Assembly: GCA_951406725.2 (NCBI GenBank)
Contig: OX597814.1
Location: 191,084,001 to 191,148,000, forward strand
DNA: 64,000 nucleotides
Origin: Octopus vulgaris
Lineage: Eukaryota
Direction: 5' to 3'
Part shown: positions 40,296-55,016 of the stretch, in pieces
Numbering within the stretch: the stretch's first letter is position 1
Layout: every line of letters begins with the position of its first letter
Notes under the pieces: model-generated
What the model was told of the DNA's origin: nothing
The model's database searches: none
Seen by the model: only the letters and a program-made list of their open reading frames with translations
Position numbers and translations under genes: made by a program

Positions 40296-40901
40296 CATAT
40301 ATATATATATACATACATCTATATAATACAGTTCTACATCTTTTTATTTATACACACACATACATACACGCACACACACATATATATAACCTTATCATTA
40401 TCACAGAACATCCATGCTTGCATTGTATGCACTATATACATACACAGATGCACACGTGCACACACACACATTGTATCTTGGCAAGATCATTGGAACACCA
40501 ATGAAAGATGCACTGGTTGAACTTCTCTGTTATTTATTAGTCAACTGGTTAGCTAATTATCTGCCAAGCCAATCATTTGATCAATCAATCAGTTGGTTTG
40601 TCAAAACCTTTTTGATGTAATTTATGACCTCACCATTTGACATGTATAACCAAGTTTTGATTAAATATTGTGATACTGTTAGATTGATTTATTGATGAAA
40701 TGATTAGTCAAACAACCAATTAGTTAACTAATAATATCAAAAGGAAGTGAAATGGAACCAGTGCATGTGTTATCATTGGCAAAATGATCCTCTCAAGATA
40801 CGTGTTCCAACCTAAGATTTCACTCAAAGAATCTTGGAAAATCAATACACTAACAAAATTGTGTGTGTGAATGCATATCTATATACACATATACACATTT
40901 T

Positions 40902-40955
<54 letters not shown>

Positions 40956-41215
40956 TTAATACATACATATTCATATACACATGTGCATATACGTATATAC
41001 ACATACATTTATATATCTATATAGATATATCCTATATATATATATATATTTTTCATATACATGTATATTCATGCATGTGTATATATACACACACACACAC
41101 AATTCATATATTTACATCATATAAAGCCTATTTAACCCATATGAAAGTTGAAAAACAAATTCTCTTTAGTCTGTTTTAGCCATTATAGCTAAAACCAGTT
41201 TGCCATGACAATATA

Positions 41216-41250
<35 letters not shown>

Positions 41251-44200
41251 GCATGTGTGTGTGTGTGTGTGTATACATACACACACACACATATATATAT
41301 ATATAAATGCTACTTTTCAGTAGGATGTTTTAGTTGATGTTTGCTTCAAAAGCAATCCCGTATTTATAGATAAGTCTAATTTGAGTGTGTCTTTATACAA
41401 AAAAAAATTTTTTTTAAGTAATAATGACATTGATATAATTTGAATCCATTAAAGTATATTAATGGCTTCTTTTCTGAGACATTCGAACCTCACAAAGTCA
41501 GATTCTGAATGGCATCGTTAAAACAAATATCAGCACCAAGGTGAATTTAATTTGAAGATTTAAAAAAAAAAAGTAATAAAGTATAAGTAAAATAATAAAT
41601 GAAAATAATATATATGAAAAAAAATCTTATTTTAAACAGCTAGGACATAAAAAAATAATAATAAATGCTTAACGAAGGAGCTGATTTAAAAGACTTTCTT
41701 TCTTTTTTTTTGCGTTAATTTTTCTGTTACAAAGTTCAATATTGCGGTGCTGTCAACCAATTAGAGTTGATACTCTGTTGCTAATAAAGATTTAATAATT
41801 GGACAGCAGTTTCATTTCTTGTTTTTCATGATCTTTGTGATTTTTTTCACATGATGATGATGATAATGATGAAGAAGATGGTTGGTGGTGGTGGTGGTGA
41901 TGTATTCACAAGTGAGTGGCTTTGGTATGCAAAGCAGGCACCTGGTTGCAGACTGGAAACGAACTAACTGAAAGAGCAACTAATTTCACTGAAAGTATTC
42001 GATAAATGAAAGCTTGAGAAAATGCTTATTTTATGTTTAACTTGTTATTTACAATAATAGTAAATTTCTTTTTCATTTTTTTAAAAGATATTATGTGAAT
42101 TTAATTTGGGAAGAAAAAAAATGAGATTGAGAATACTGGAAAAAAAAAAGATTCTAAAATATGAACAAATGAGTGCAACTGAAATCCTTTTTAAAAGTAT
42201 CCTCTCAAAATATTTTAGAAAGAGTCATCTCATTAAAAAAAAAAATGCATTTAATTTGAAATTATTATTCAATTTTTCAACCAATTTATAGGTTCTAACT
42301 TTCTTTCTCCAAATAGACTTAACTTCTTTTAAGTAAAAGTAATTTTGTTCTTCAAAAAATTCAGTTAGATTAAAATATAAAATACCCAACAACGTTTGTA
42401 GAATAAATATTGTCTGCAAATGTAGTCAGCCTATATTGGCAGTTTGTAACCCTGCTAGTGTCAGGGAAAGGAAATTACATCAACTTCTCTGTTTGATGAT
42501 CAGTGGTGGAAAGGTTACAAACAACTTGATGCCTTTTACATTGGCAGACATAGAGCAAATTGTATGAGTTTATTCTGCAAACATTATTTGAGTAGATGAT
42601 GATTTGTCTATGCATTAATGTCATCATTTTCATATAAGGTTAGGGAGAAAATATTTGCTATGCTTCTAGTTTTACATTGCCCTTTTTCTGCATCCTACTT
42701 TCGGAAAATTTCATCCACAAAGTGGACATCAAGTGAAGCGACGACATTTAAAGAAATTCCAGTTACAGTTGAATGCTTCAACACAGGTCTTGCTGACTTA
42801 TGACCTGTCATACAAATAGTTGATTAAACAAGACATGAAAAGAAAAAAAAAAAAACAACCCCTCCCACCATTAAAAAAAAAATGCAAAAAAAAAAAAAGA
42901 AAAAAATTTGGAAGAAAATATCAAATAACTGTTGAATGTGCCCTATTAACTGGATTTAAAATTTTGTTTTCTGTTCCCATTGTAAGGTGAAAATATACAG
43001 AAAACGTAACATGAAATGGAATTGAAAATTTTCTTTTTTAAGAATGATCACTGTAAATGGAAAATACATGAGTTAGTTGAGAAATGCATAGTATATTGTT
43101 TGGCAGATTTAGTAAGGGTAGAAATGGAAAAGGTTTCTAGTCAAACTAAAGAGGAACAATGTGATGTAATTCAGAAATCAATATAGCACTCTAAAGAGAA
43201 ATGAAACATTTTAGCACCAAATTTTGTAGAACAAAACATAAAATTTTGTACCAGTACCAAGACACATACCATAATAAAATATGACAAATTTGAGACAACT
43301 TACTTTAACCACCCCCAAAAGTGACACATTTAAAATAATAATAAAAAAATAAATGGTAAAAAAATGTAAGAAAAGAAAATGCCTATATGAATTAATTTGG
43401 TTTCTATTTTAACTATCACAAATATTTCATAAGAAAGCTTTCTTAAAAAAATTTTTTTTCACTGAATGCAAAAAAAATAAAATAAAAAATATAAATAAAA
43501 AATGAAAGTAAAAAAAAATTCTTCAAGAATATAATTGAGCTTACATAGAAACACTAATGTGAAAAGCTACAAAAAAAAAGAAGAAAAATTTTTTTTAAAT
43601 TATATAAAATAAAGTATATTCTTTGATAAAGTTTCAACTTGGAGATAACTTAATTTTTCAAAATACCAATTTCTGAATTATATTTTCTGCATGTCATTAT
43701 CATAACTAGCAGATTGCATCACCAAAAATTAAGTGATGTCAATTCTCTCTACTGGATAAACATATTCCCTGAATATGAAGCTTTTACTATTATGGATTAA
43801 GTAGAATGCATTTGGTAGGATCAAAAATTTTATAACTGGATACATATTTGCAAGCAAATAACTCTCCAGTCATATTTTTATCAAACCACACAGACATTTT
43901 ATATAACTTAACTGTGATGTACAGTTGTCATAAGCTACAGATTAGGGTGTTTGCAATGTGGTTTTGATTCCTAATTGAGCCATTTCACTCAACATATTTT
44001 TTTTTGGTATCTTTCTCTTTAGTTGAGACAGTTGACATCAACACTTCTTAGAATATGGCATAAATAAAACTAATGACCCAGTCTTTGGTAAAGTGTCAGT
44101 ACTTTAATGCTATTTCTTTTTTGTTTAGTCTTTCTCATTTATAGCTTAATAGCAGAGAGTATCAACTGTGTAAAGATAATGATGCAATTACAGGTTTGAA

Positions 44201-45209
44201 TGAAGCTTTAAAAAAATCTCAAATAGAGAAGCCACTAACATGCAGTGAATGCAAGACTGGTCTATGGGAACCCTTTAACCAATAATTGCACACAAATGCA
44301 TGACAAAAAGGTAAAAAAAAAAAGGATTTTATATCTCAAATGAAGCAGCTCTTTTTACAATCATCAAAGAATATTTCAATGAAGTGTCACAAACACCTGG
44401 GAAATTAAGTAGGTTGAAGATGCATTTCTAATGCACAACTTCTGAAATATTTGAGCGTCAGAGATACATAGAACAAAGGAAAAAGTGAGATTAAAACAAG
44501 AGAAAAAAAAAAATGAAAAATTAAATCCACAAGTGGATAAAGGAAGAAATAAAATATCACCTGATGGTTTTATTATTTGGAAATTCTCAAAGACCCTAAA
44601 ACTAATATTCTGAATTTTGCAAGACTAAAGGCAATATTATTGCTTCTTTCATAATATTAGCACTGCCACACTACTGAGGACTGGTTCTTAAGATTTATTT
44701 GTGCCATAATCTTGTCAACAACATCTGTTAATTCCCTCCAGGCTTGCTTTTAGCTTCAAAAAAGCCTTTTGGAGTAAAATTTTATTTTAATACTATAATA
44801 ATATAAAAACATAAATATATTATCACAGAGATATCAATTGAGTGTTGATATACTCCTGTAGAATGTATATTAGTGGGGAAAGTACTTAGAGATTTGCAAA
44901 CAACTTGCTTGTGCAAGTGGTGCCAATTGAAAGGTTCATATATGGGATGCCAGTAGGTTTCAGGGCTCACCAGGAGAGAACACACACCGTTTTGGATCCT
45001 TTCTCTCAATGGCTTAGTAGCACAGTAGTAGTTATAGTACCAAGTTTTAAGCAATAGCTTCTACAAATAAAATTTTTAAAATCCATTTGTAAAAAAAATA
45101 AAAAATAAAAATAAAAAGATAAATAAAATACTAAAAAGAAATTATATGTTGTGTCATAAATTAATTTTGGTTTTAAGCATATTTTTGGTCTCAAATTTGA
45201 AACTAAGTA

Positions 45210-45241
<32 letters not shown>

Positions 45242-47630
45242 TCATTGAAGGGTGGGGATTTGACAGTAAAACCTGTTTATGATAGCAATGATGAAAATGA
45301 ATAAGTAGAAATGAAACTCCAGGAAGGAAAAGAGAACTGCTTGGAAGCACACAGATAAAAACTAAATGAAGGTAATAAGAACATACAAACCTTCATTCCT
45401 CACTCAGTTTTATGAGAAGACTAAGAAGCAAAATTCTTAAACATATAGAAATCATTATGAGCTCTTTTTTTTCCCATTCCTGAAAAATTTGTTCTCTTCC
45501 CAATTTTACCATACTAAGAAAAAGAGTCGCACTATTTTGTTGAATGATAAAAATTGTTAACATTGGAGATTAGAGCAAGAAGTTTGGGAGGCGGGAGAAA
45601 GAAGATATGGAAAAAAAAAATACTGTTAGGGTTAAGGCTATTTAAAAAAAAAATGTTTAGAGATTTGTCTAAATAAGGAATGTGTATGATGGATAATTGA
45701 TCTAACAAGTTTGCATGTTGAATCCAATTGGATGTAGAGTAACAGTGAAAATAAAATGAAGAAGCTGACCATAAGAGTAGTTTTTAATCTCACCTCCACA
45801 CTCTTAACAGAAGCAAGGTAGGTGGATAGGCAAAGGGAGCTCAAAAATAAATATAGACTGAAACTGAATTTTGGGACAAATTCAGTGAAACTTGTTGTGT
45901 TTTGGTGTTTGTATTATTATATAAATCAAACAAGTCACTTGGTAACTTGGTTTTTCACTGTTAGTACACATTTTGTGTTAAGACCAAAGTATGTTAATAT
46001 TTGAAGAGAGAGAGAGAGAGAAAATAAAACAAAGAAATATGTTTTTGATATTAACATATCTGTATCTTGTGAGTAATCAATACCTTAATATAAAAGTATT
46101 GAAAAAAAAAAAAAAAAGGAAGGCAAGTGTCTTTGTGCAGATATATAAAAAAAAAAGTTAGTGGAATTGAAAAAAAAAAGAAATTAAAAAAAAGTTAGAT
46201 CAATAATTATGTAAAGTGAATATTTAGTTAAACACATGCAGCAAATGTTATCTGCAATATGTTACTAAAAATGTAAGATGATGATGATGGTGGTGTTTCA
46301 AGTTTTGACACGTAACCAGTAATTGAGGAAGGGGTATGTTGATCACATTGAACCCAGTGTTCAACAGGTACTTATTTTATTGGTCCCCAAAAGGCAAAGT
46401 CAACCATGGCAGAATTTGAAACAAAAGAAATGCCACTACACTAATAATTCTGCCAGTTCATCATACTAATACACTAATAACACACATATATATACATATA
46501 TATATATATTATATATATGTTATTGGAAGTTGAATAAAAAAAAAAGACAAAAAAAAAACCAATTGTTAGTTTGAATTGTAAGAATATAGCAAATGGGAAA
46601 CTTCCGACTCCATTCTAGGTCAGTTATGTTTTAGGAGTATATTTAGTTCCAGATCAGACCTAATCAAGCAGTCTTTTGACTAACAGTACTCCAATCCCAC
46701 CTCCACTGCACCCCAGATAGTGAACTACATTATCCAGAGTCTTCTATTGTCTTTTGGGGGGAGGGGGTAAGAAGAGAGGGTGTGATTAGATGAGATTTGA
46801 CTGCTATTCCTAAATCAAATAAATGTGTCTACTTGAGGAATGGGTGCAAAGAGAGTGTAGATGAAGGCCCCCCTGTGAGAAGTTGAGGTGATTATTAACC
46901 AGAAGTTATTACAGTAAAATTACTAATTACTGTGGCGTTACAAACAGCAGTCAAGCAGTTGATGAAAGTGGTGGTATGTTTGAACATTCAAACTGGTGAG
47001 TCACTAAATGGCAGCTAAGATCTTACTGGTTTAAGTATAAAATAAATCTTACACAAAATAATAAAAATGCCAAAGACAATCATGTAAGAAGGATTTATAA
47101 TTTCCAGCAAGATGACACTTAACCATTTGCCTATCTAAAGTATTTTCATAAATTTGTCTTAAGTGTCCATGCTTGTTTTCAGACTTGCCTCAAATGATCT
47201 GAGCAATATAAAGCTTTGCTTTCCTAAGTCCCAAGTTACTCTGGTGGTTGGAAAAAAAAAAAAAAAATGTATATTATATATGATGCATGGACACCAGGAA
47301 AATATGTCCTGTGTATCACAAGACGACAGGCAAAGGGTTAAAATAGAAAAGAAACAAAAAAAAAAATAAGGGGAAAAGAAGAAAGTCTGATAAATTGGGA
47401 GAAGAGAAAAGTAGAAATGAAACCATTATATATTATATAATGGGAAGTCTGTTTTCATTTATTGAAAATGAGAGTATCAATGTATGAAAACACAAGAGGT
47501 TTCAGAAAAATGAACCGTTTAAAAGTGGAAGGTAAAATGAGTCAGAATGATGATGAGAAAAGAGAAAACTATTTAAACAGGCTTTACTATGTATGAAGGT
47601 TAAACCAAGAGGGAGCAAGTAATAAAATGT

Positions 47631-47668
<38 letters not shown>

Positions 47669-48020
47669 TATATATATATATACATACACACACATGCATA
47701 AAAAAAAATAATAAAAATTTAGGTTGTGTCTTGATTCTGTTTAAGAAAAAAAAAAGACAACAATAATAAAAATTAATAATACGGACGACCTTCTGTGCTT
47801 CAGTCTGAGCTGATAGTTTATAACAAATGGAGCAATTTTGTCACTCAAATTTATTGTTTGGTTATACAGAAGTATGACAGTAACTGAGATGTTACAGTAT
47901 CCCATGCATTTATAAGCACACACATGTATACATACTCACATATATATGCATACATATGCACATATACTCACACACAAATTCATACATATACATGTATGTA
48001 TATATGCATATATATGTGTT

Positions 48021-48076
<56 letters not shown>

Positions 48077-50347
48077 GTAAACACACTCAAAAGTATATAG
48101 ACAAAACAAAACACTGAATATACAGTGTACACAAAAGCAACTTTGCTTTAATGTTCTTAAATTTAAACTAAAGAGAAAAGAGATAATAGAATACGTTGAA
48201 AAAAAATGAAGGAAGTGGAAAAAAAAAACAAAATAAAAATAAAAATAAAGGTAAGTTTAAAAAAAAATCTACTGAATGCAGCAGATTAACATGTTTTTTT
48301 TTTTTCTTTTAGTGTTTGTGTAGTTCAATATATGGAAACAGTTTTTGTCTCCAAGAGGCCAACTCGAACAATGGAAAACATAAGCAAACAGACCACTCTT
48401 GCAAAATGGTTTCAAAACAGAAAAAATATTGTCCTTAGATTCTGTAGCTGTTGCACAGTAGTCTTTAAGTGTCGTACAATCTTCAAAATATCTCCAAACC
48501 GCAGATATTCGTATCTTGTTCTTTCATTTCAAATATTTGATAAAGCATCGTAACAATGTTACTTTTTGTTTTGTTTTGTTTTGTTTTTTTCATTAAGCGT
48601 TTTTCACAGAATGTCTTTTAGTCTTTCATAGTAAACGAGAAAAAAAAAAGAGGAGAAAACAAACAAAAAAAAAACAACAAATAAAGGAAAATATACATGA
48701 AGTTATGTAATGAACTAGTTATAAACGTGTGATATGTGAACTGGATACACAGTTATTTGAATGACAGACGTGTTAGCCTGTTCATTTACAAAAAGTTGAA
48801 TAGTTATTCATCACATTGTACATTGATAAAGCTGGAAAAATTCAGACACCACTGGTGGTGGTGGTGTGTGATATATATGAGAGTTAATTTTGTTTTTCTT
48901 TTTTTGGAAGAAGCCTTTTTCACTTATTTTTTTTTTCATGTTTCATCTTTTTTTTTATCAGTATGTTATTTTTTTTTTCTTTTTCTTTTTATGCTTTTCT
49001 TTCATATGCAATTAAATTTTTAAATTTTCCATTTTCTTAATAGTATATTGAAACCACAGTTTGATGAAATATTAGAAAATTCATCATGGTAGAACAACAA
49101 CAACAACAAAAAAAAAACCAAAAAGGAAGAAAGAAACAAACAAGCACTAACCAGAAAATATTTCAGTCAAATGGTAGCTGTATAGTTATTAACATGATTA
49201 CATTCATGTGTATATGTGTGAGGGTCTGTGTGTGTATGTAAGTATATATATATATTTAAATATATATATGTTTAGTCCTTGTTTAGAGAAGAATATTGTC
49301 TTTGTGGCTCACGTATATACATTAGAAAATGGCCAGTTAAGAAAACAAAAACTGAAAGAAAAACTTTGGAAAAGGGCAGTGAAGAATTAAAAAGAAAACA
49401 GTTATACAGTTTAAAATGAAATCATTCAGTTGGATATTATTTTACCCAATGGTTAAACAGTAAAACTTCAATTTAAGAAAGATCAAAAGTAATACGGACT
49501 TAGTAACACAAATGGACCACAAAGAAAGGCAAAGTAACATTGAGTACTTTGTTCCATACATAGAATAATACAATCACAGAGTTAACATTCAGGAAGGATT
49601 TTTAAAAATCATACACACACTCAAACGCACAAAATTTTTTTTTAAAAAAAAAAGAAAAAAATCAGAGAAACTGGAAATATCTTTTAACAGGAAATATATA
49701 AATATATATTTGTATTTTCAATTATGAATTAAGCTTGTAGTAAATAGCAGTTGCTTGTTTGTTACAGAAAATTAAAATTCCAAGTTCAGTTATGCACATC
49801 TAAGATTGTAATGCATTTTGCAAACAAAAATGTAATGAAGAATTTTAGAAAAGCAAAATTGTGTATTGCTTTGCCTTTTCAAATTTAGTAACAATGAACT
49901 TAGGTATTACTACAAACTTAATTAAGAGTATTTAAGCAAAGAAACAAACCCTCAAGGTTTACTTGTCCACGAAACACATCATACCAAGGTAAATTACACT
50001 CAGATTCCACTAAATACATCCTGTCTATCTTTCTAGAAGCATACCAATAGATTCATGTATACACCCACACAGACATACATGAGATATCTTTTATATATAA
50101 ATATATGCTTAAGATGTTCAGCAAGCCTTCATATATGAATATGATTTTAATGAAGAAAAACTGAACAGCGAATTCGAAGTTTCAGATCAATTGCCATCGT
50201 CAGACAAGTCTAGTAAAGGCAACTGAGCAAAAATTTCCAAATCAATGACATTTTCTTTCTTAAAATAAAACGAAATGTGACACTACTAATATGTATTGAG
50301 CAGTCCTTCAATTAATGCTTGACTGTTTTATACATACACACACACAC

Positions 50348-50406
<59 letters not shown>

Positions 50407-50466
50407 AACATACACACATATATATGTATATGTACATGTATATATGCATATGTATAGATACACACA

Positions 50467-50497
<31 letters not shown>

Positions 50498-50965
50498 GTA
50501 TGTATATATACACACGTGTGTATATACACACACATATATACATATGTGGATATATATGTGTGTGTGTGTGTGTATTGTATGTGTGTGTGTACATGCGCGT
50601 ATGTGTAAATGGAGTTTTATAATTTAATTGAAATGCCATTTGACACAGAACATTCAGTGTATTTATAAACATTCATTTAGGAGTGTAAACAGGGGAAAAG
50701 TACTCAATACATGTAGTATAGTTTATCTATTCACTGGAAGCTGATGATTCATTCCATTGCCACCCTCGACTTTCTCCCAATTGTGTATTGCTTCAAGTGG
50801 CTGCTCTGAGTAATACACAAAAACGAGACACTGAGTAGCAACAGATATCTACAGACATTTTATGCATGATGCAGAGAGAAGGGTCAAATGAGTAAGAGTA
50901 TAGCTGACTACAAACATACGTTTGTATGTGTGTGTGTGTATATATATATATATACATATACATAC

Positions 50966-50998
<33 letters not shown>

Positions 50999-51045
50999 CA
51001 CACAAACACACAGAGAAAGAAAGAGAGAGAAGTGCAAGAGATAAG

Positions 51046-51270
51046 TTAACCTCTTAGCATTTAAACCAGCCATATCACCTGAAATATTATACCTACTTTA
51101 TGGTCAAAATGACCAGTTCAGTTCCTCACACCTACCCTACAATGTCATTTAAAATATAAGCAAGCACATCATCAAAATCTCGAAGCTACAAGATAATGCA
51201 TGATTAATTTTTTAAAAAGGTGAATAAGCAAGCATTACATTCGACGGTAACTGGAATGCTAAAGGGTTAT
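51046..51270. mobile_element. piggyBac-type MITE (family B)
   Basis: TTAA-CCTCTTAGCAT ... ATGCTAAAGGG-TTAT. Confidence 0.75.
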
Positions 51271-52973
51271 TCATCTTAGTGAAGATCAAGTTCACTTCTT
51301 CAGCTTATCAAGTAAGCATCTATAGCACTAACTCTCTCCCGTTCCCTTTCATAAGTAGAGTCTGAGAGACCTTTACTTTCGTTATCAATACAGAATATTT
51401 GACTTCACAAATTAATGAACATGGTAGACTTTTTAACAGAGGCATAGAAGAGATCATGAGAACACATTTTCAGATATTTCCTTTCAGTTTTCCATATAAC
51501 ATCAAAAACAATATATAATAACGCAGAAGGTTGGGATAATCCACCCCACCCCCCGCCAAAAAAAAAACAAAAACAATATATGCAAACATCAATAACGAAA
51601 GCCCAAGAAGAATGCTAGTTGTGCTAATCAGGAAGAACTATACATGCCTCTAACGAATATATCACAAGTTTATTTTAAGAGAAGAAAAATATTGATGTGG
51701 AAAAGGAATAAATTAAATTTATACACACTTCTGTATACATACATACACATTTGTGTGTGTATGTATGTATATATAAGAAGATTTAATTTTTAATTGAATA
51801 GAAGATTAAGCTTTGGATGCTTTAATTTGAGAATTTATAGCTTGGAATTCATGATTAATTATTTAATGGTAGAAAAATTATGCCAAAGAAAAAAAAAAAA
51901 AGGAAAAAATTACTTCTAAATTTTAGTTTTAATTTCAAATATATATAAGAGACATATATAGGATATCTAAATAATACCCTCATATATATAAATAAATAAG
52001 AAATAAGTAGAAAAGCATGCATTCCTTGGAAAGCAACAGAAAATCAATTTTTAAGCACAAGAAAAGCAAGCTGTCTTAAGCAAAACAGCTCTTAAAGATG
52101 TAATGTGTTCAGAGAACATTTCTTTTACAACTGCTGGAAGTGTGGATTCAGTGAGTAATTTCTAGCAATATTAATTGATACCAGTTAAAATATCAAAACC
52201 ATAATTCAAGAATTCTAACCAATAAAATCTTGTAATGAGAAATAGTTTGACTTTGTTTATAACTAACTGAAATTCCCATAAAATGACTTATTTTAAATTA
52301 AGCATGATTCCAACATAGCATCAAAGTAAGCTTTTAGAAATATTCTTTGTTGTACAGCAATCAACATTAACCATCATGAAAGCCTAATTATTTTCAATAT
52401 ATTTTCAGGAACCTAATTGTCTTTAAAGTCTATCAAGCTTTCACAGTTTCAGTAAAGGGACAATATGTAGGGAAGACAATGAAACAGTAGAGGAGTGACG
52501 GAGAGAGAGAAGCAAGGTGGTGTAAGATGAAGAATATATGGGAGAAAACGAAACTGATTTTATTTTAGTAGAAAATGTGAGGCTGTATTTTACTTTTGTG
52601 GGGTGGAAGAAGATAAAATGAGAATAAGCCTTAATAAAACGAAAAATTCTATTAAGTAAAAATAAACCTTACTTTAAAATTGTTTCTAAAAAATTTTTTT
52701 TTGATTTAAAAGATTTCTTTCATATTACCAAAAAAAAAAAAAGGAGCAAAAATACTTAAGACTAATTATTGAAGATGCAGATTTTAAGATATCATTGAAA
52801 GAATAACAGGATAAAATATGTTTCCTCTGTTATTGTGAATAAATAGTTCCACTGTTTTCTACCCATTTCCCAAAGTTTAATGAATAATTGCTTTATAGCC
52901 AGAGTATGATATATAATAACATACAGTGCTTATAGTGATGAGAGATATTAAAGTGAATCTCAAGAGCAATTCT

Positions 52974-53006
<33 letters not shown>

Positions 53007-53092
53007 TTAGATTCATTTGAATTAGGTACTTAAGTTGAGGCACCAGAATTTAGTACGGTATTATCCATACAATTTTGAAATAAGGTGATTAA

Positions 53093-53237
53093 AATCAAAA
53101 TAATCAACAGGATATCCAGAGGTAATGTAGTACAATCGTTTCAAGCAACTTCATTTAAATGCAGAGCTATCTTAAATGGAGTTGCCTGAAATGATTGTAC
53201 TGCATTACCTCTGGATATCCTGTTGCTTATTTTGATT
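53093..53237. repeat. Long hairpin/palindrome (66-bp arms, 13-nt loop)
   Basis: 53093-53158 is the reverse complement of 53172-53237 with five substitutions by manual comparison. Confidence 0.95.
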
Positions 53238-53324
53238 ATATATATATATAAATATATATATCAAATTCCAATAGTCGAAGATTAGTGTCACGATTGAAAC
53301 CCAGAGTACCAAGGAGTTTGATCC

Positions 53325-53361
<37 letters not shown>

Positions 53362-53705
53362 AACACATGTGTGTATCAGTGTTTATATATAAAATATAAA
53401 GAGAGATACACAGATGTATAGATATACACACTATTGGCTACCAATAAATGATATCCACTTCTATTATTAAAAGTTAATAAGAGTGATTTGTTTCTGCAAT
53501 TCTAAAAGTTGATCCCTAACATAACTTGTTTGTGTGTATATGCATGTGAATATATAGTGTATATGTATTTATATATAGAAAACACATACCTACTATATAT
53601 ATACTCACATGCAACAATCTTAAAATAAATATATATGACAGTATATGTATGCATGTATATATGAGTGTAGGTGTGTGTGTGTGTGTATATATGTATGTAT
53701 GCATG

Positions 53706-53743
<38 letters not shown>

Positions 53744-54463
53744 TACACACAATGTTCACCATGACTGTCTTTAAAACAGGAACTTAAATATTAGGGAATG
53801 CGTAGCTGCTATGAGGGATATGATTATCACAACTAAAACATTTGCACACACACACACACATACAATATACACACAGACCTTTATATAATATATATATGCA
53901 CACATACATATATATATATAACACAACTGTGTATGTGTCTGTGAGTGTATATACATATAAGTGTGTTTTTATGTCAAGCTATATATAAAAACGACATTAA
54001 AGTTAATATATATATATATATTCACCACACAATCTATTTAATATATATTAAATATAATATTATATAATCATAACATATAATATCTATATATTAAATATTA
54101 TATATATATATATATTTTACAAATACATATAAACATCTATAATGTTATATATATATGTGTGTGTATATATATATATATATATCATAGATGTGTGTATTTG
54201 TATATATACTGACACACACAATACCAACTCATGAGCATCATTATGAAAACTAACTGAAATTTAGCAATATTCAGCACAAATAATCAGACATTGTGAGGCG
54301 TGGAAGATCTGAGGAGCACAACAAAAGACACCTGATATAAAGACTCACTTAACTCTTGGCAGAGTACAATAGCCACTAACCTTTTAGTTAAAACTGTAAT
54401 TATTTCTCTGGTGATCAAATAGATGGCAAGATTAACCCTCTGACCTCTGAACGGTTGAGGATA

Positions 54464-54515
54464 TCACGAGGCAGGTAGGACTGTAACATTGATGTGTGAT
54501 AAGTCCAACATATGC
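54464..54515 (-). CDS. RBM33: RNA-binding protein 33, last coding exon
   Basis: Long polypyrimidine tract plus TTTCAG acceptor. Phase 2 completes Arg, then HMLDLSHINVTVLPAS*, matching the human RBM33 C-terminus HMIDLSHINVALIVE*. Confidence 0.92.
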
Positions 54516-54689
54516 CTGAAATGTACAAAAAAAAAAAAAAGGATGTTAAAATTTGTAAACAAATGGTATTTTCAAATTTTTTTTTTTTCTTGAACCATAA
54601 AACTCATAAGGTCAGTTACCTGGTCTTCATGATGCCATGTAAAAAGCACTGCTGCTGTGCCATGTTAAAAGTTTTTTTATTTATTTATG

Positions 54690-55016
54690 CACGCCCGTGT
54701 CGGTGGCACGTAAAAAGCACCATCCGAATCGTGGTTGAAGCCAGTGCCGCCTCGACTGGCTTCCATGCAGGTGGCACGTAAAATGCACCAATCCAACCGT
54801 GGCCGATGCCAGCCTTGCCTGGCACCAGTGCAGGTGGCACGTAAAAAGCACCCACTACACTCATGGAGTGGTTGGCGTTAGGAAGGGCATCCAGCTGTAG
54901 AAACATTGCCAAATAAGACCGGAGCCTGGTGCAGCCTTCTGGCTTCCCAGATCCCCGGTCGAACCGTCCAACCCATGCTAGCATGGAGAACGGACGTTAA
55001 ACGATGATGATGATGA
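54690..55016 (+). mobile_element. RTE-LINE 3' tail copy with three tandem units (RBM33 last intron)
   Basis: Three GGTGGCACGTAAAA.GCACC units plus conserved tail and (GAT)n. Further copies in this intron at 55320-55455 (+), 56088-56280 (-), 56820-57183 (+) and 57455-57710 (-). Confidence 0.85.

Noticed and set aside
54690-54852. Repeat-spacer appearance of GGCACGTAAAAAGCACC units as a CRISPR array or pistol ribozyme
   Set aside because: Spacers are homologous to each other and belong to a LINE tail. Only the P1/A-rich linker resembles pistol; its catalytic P2/P3 core was not seen.
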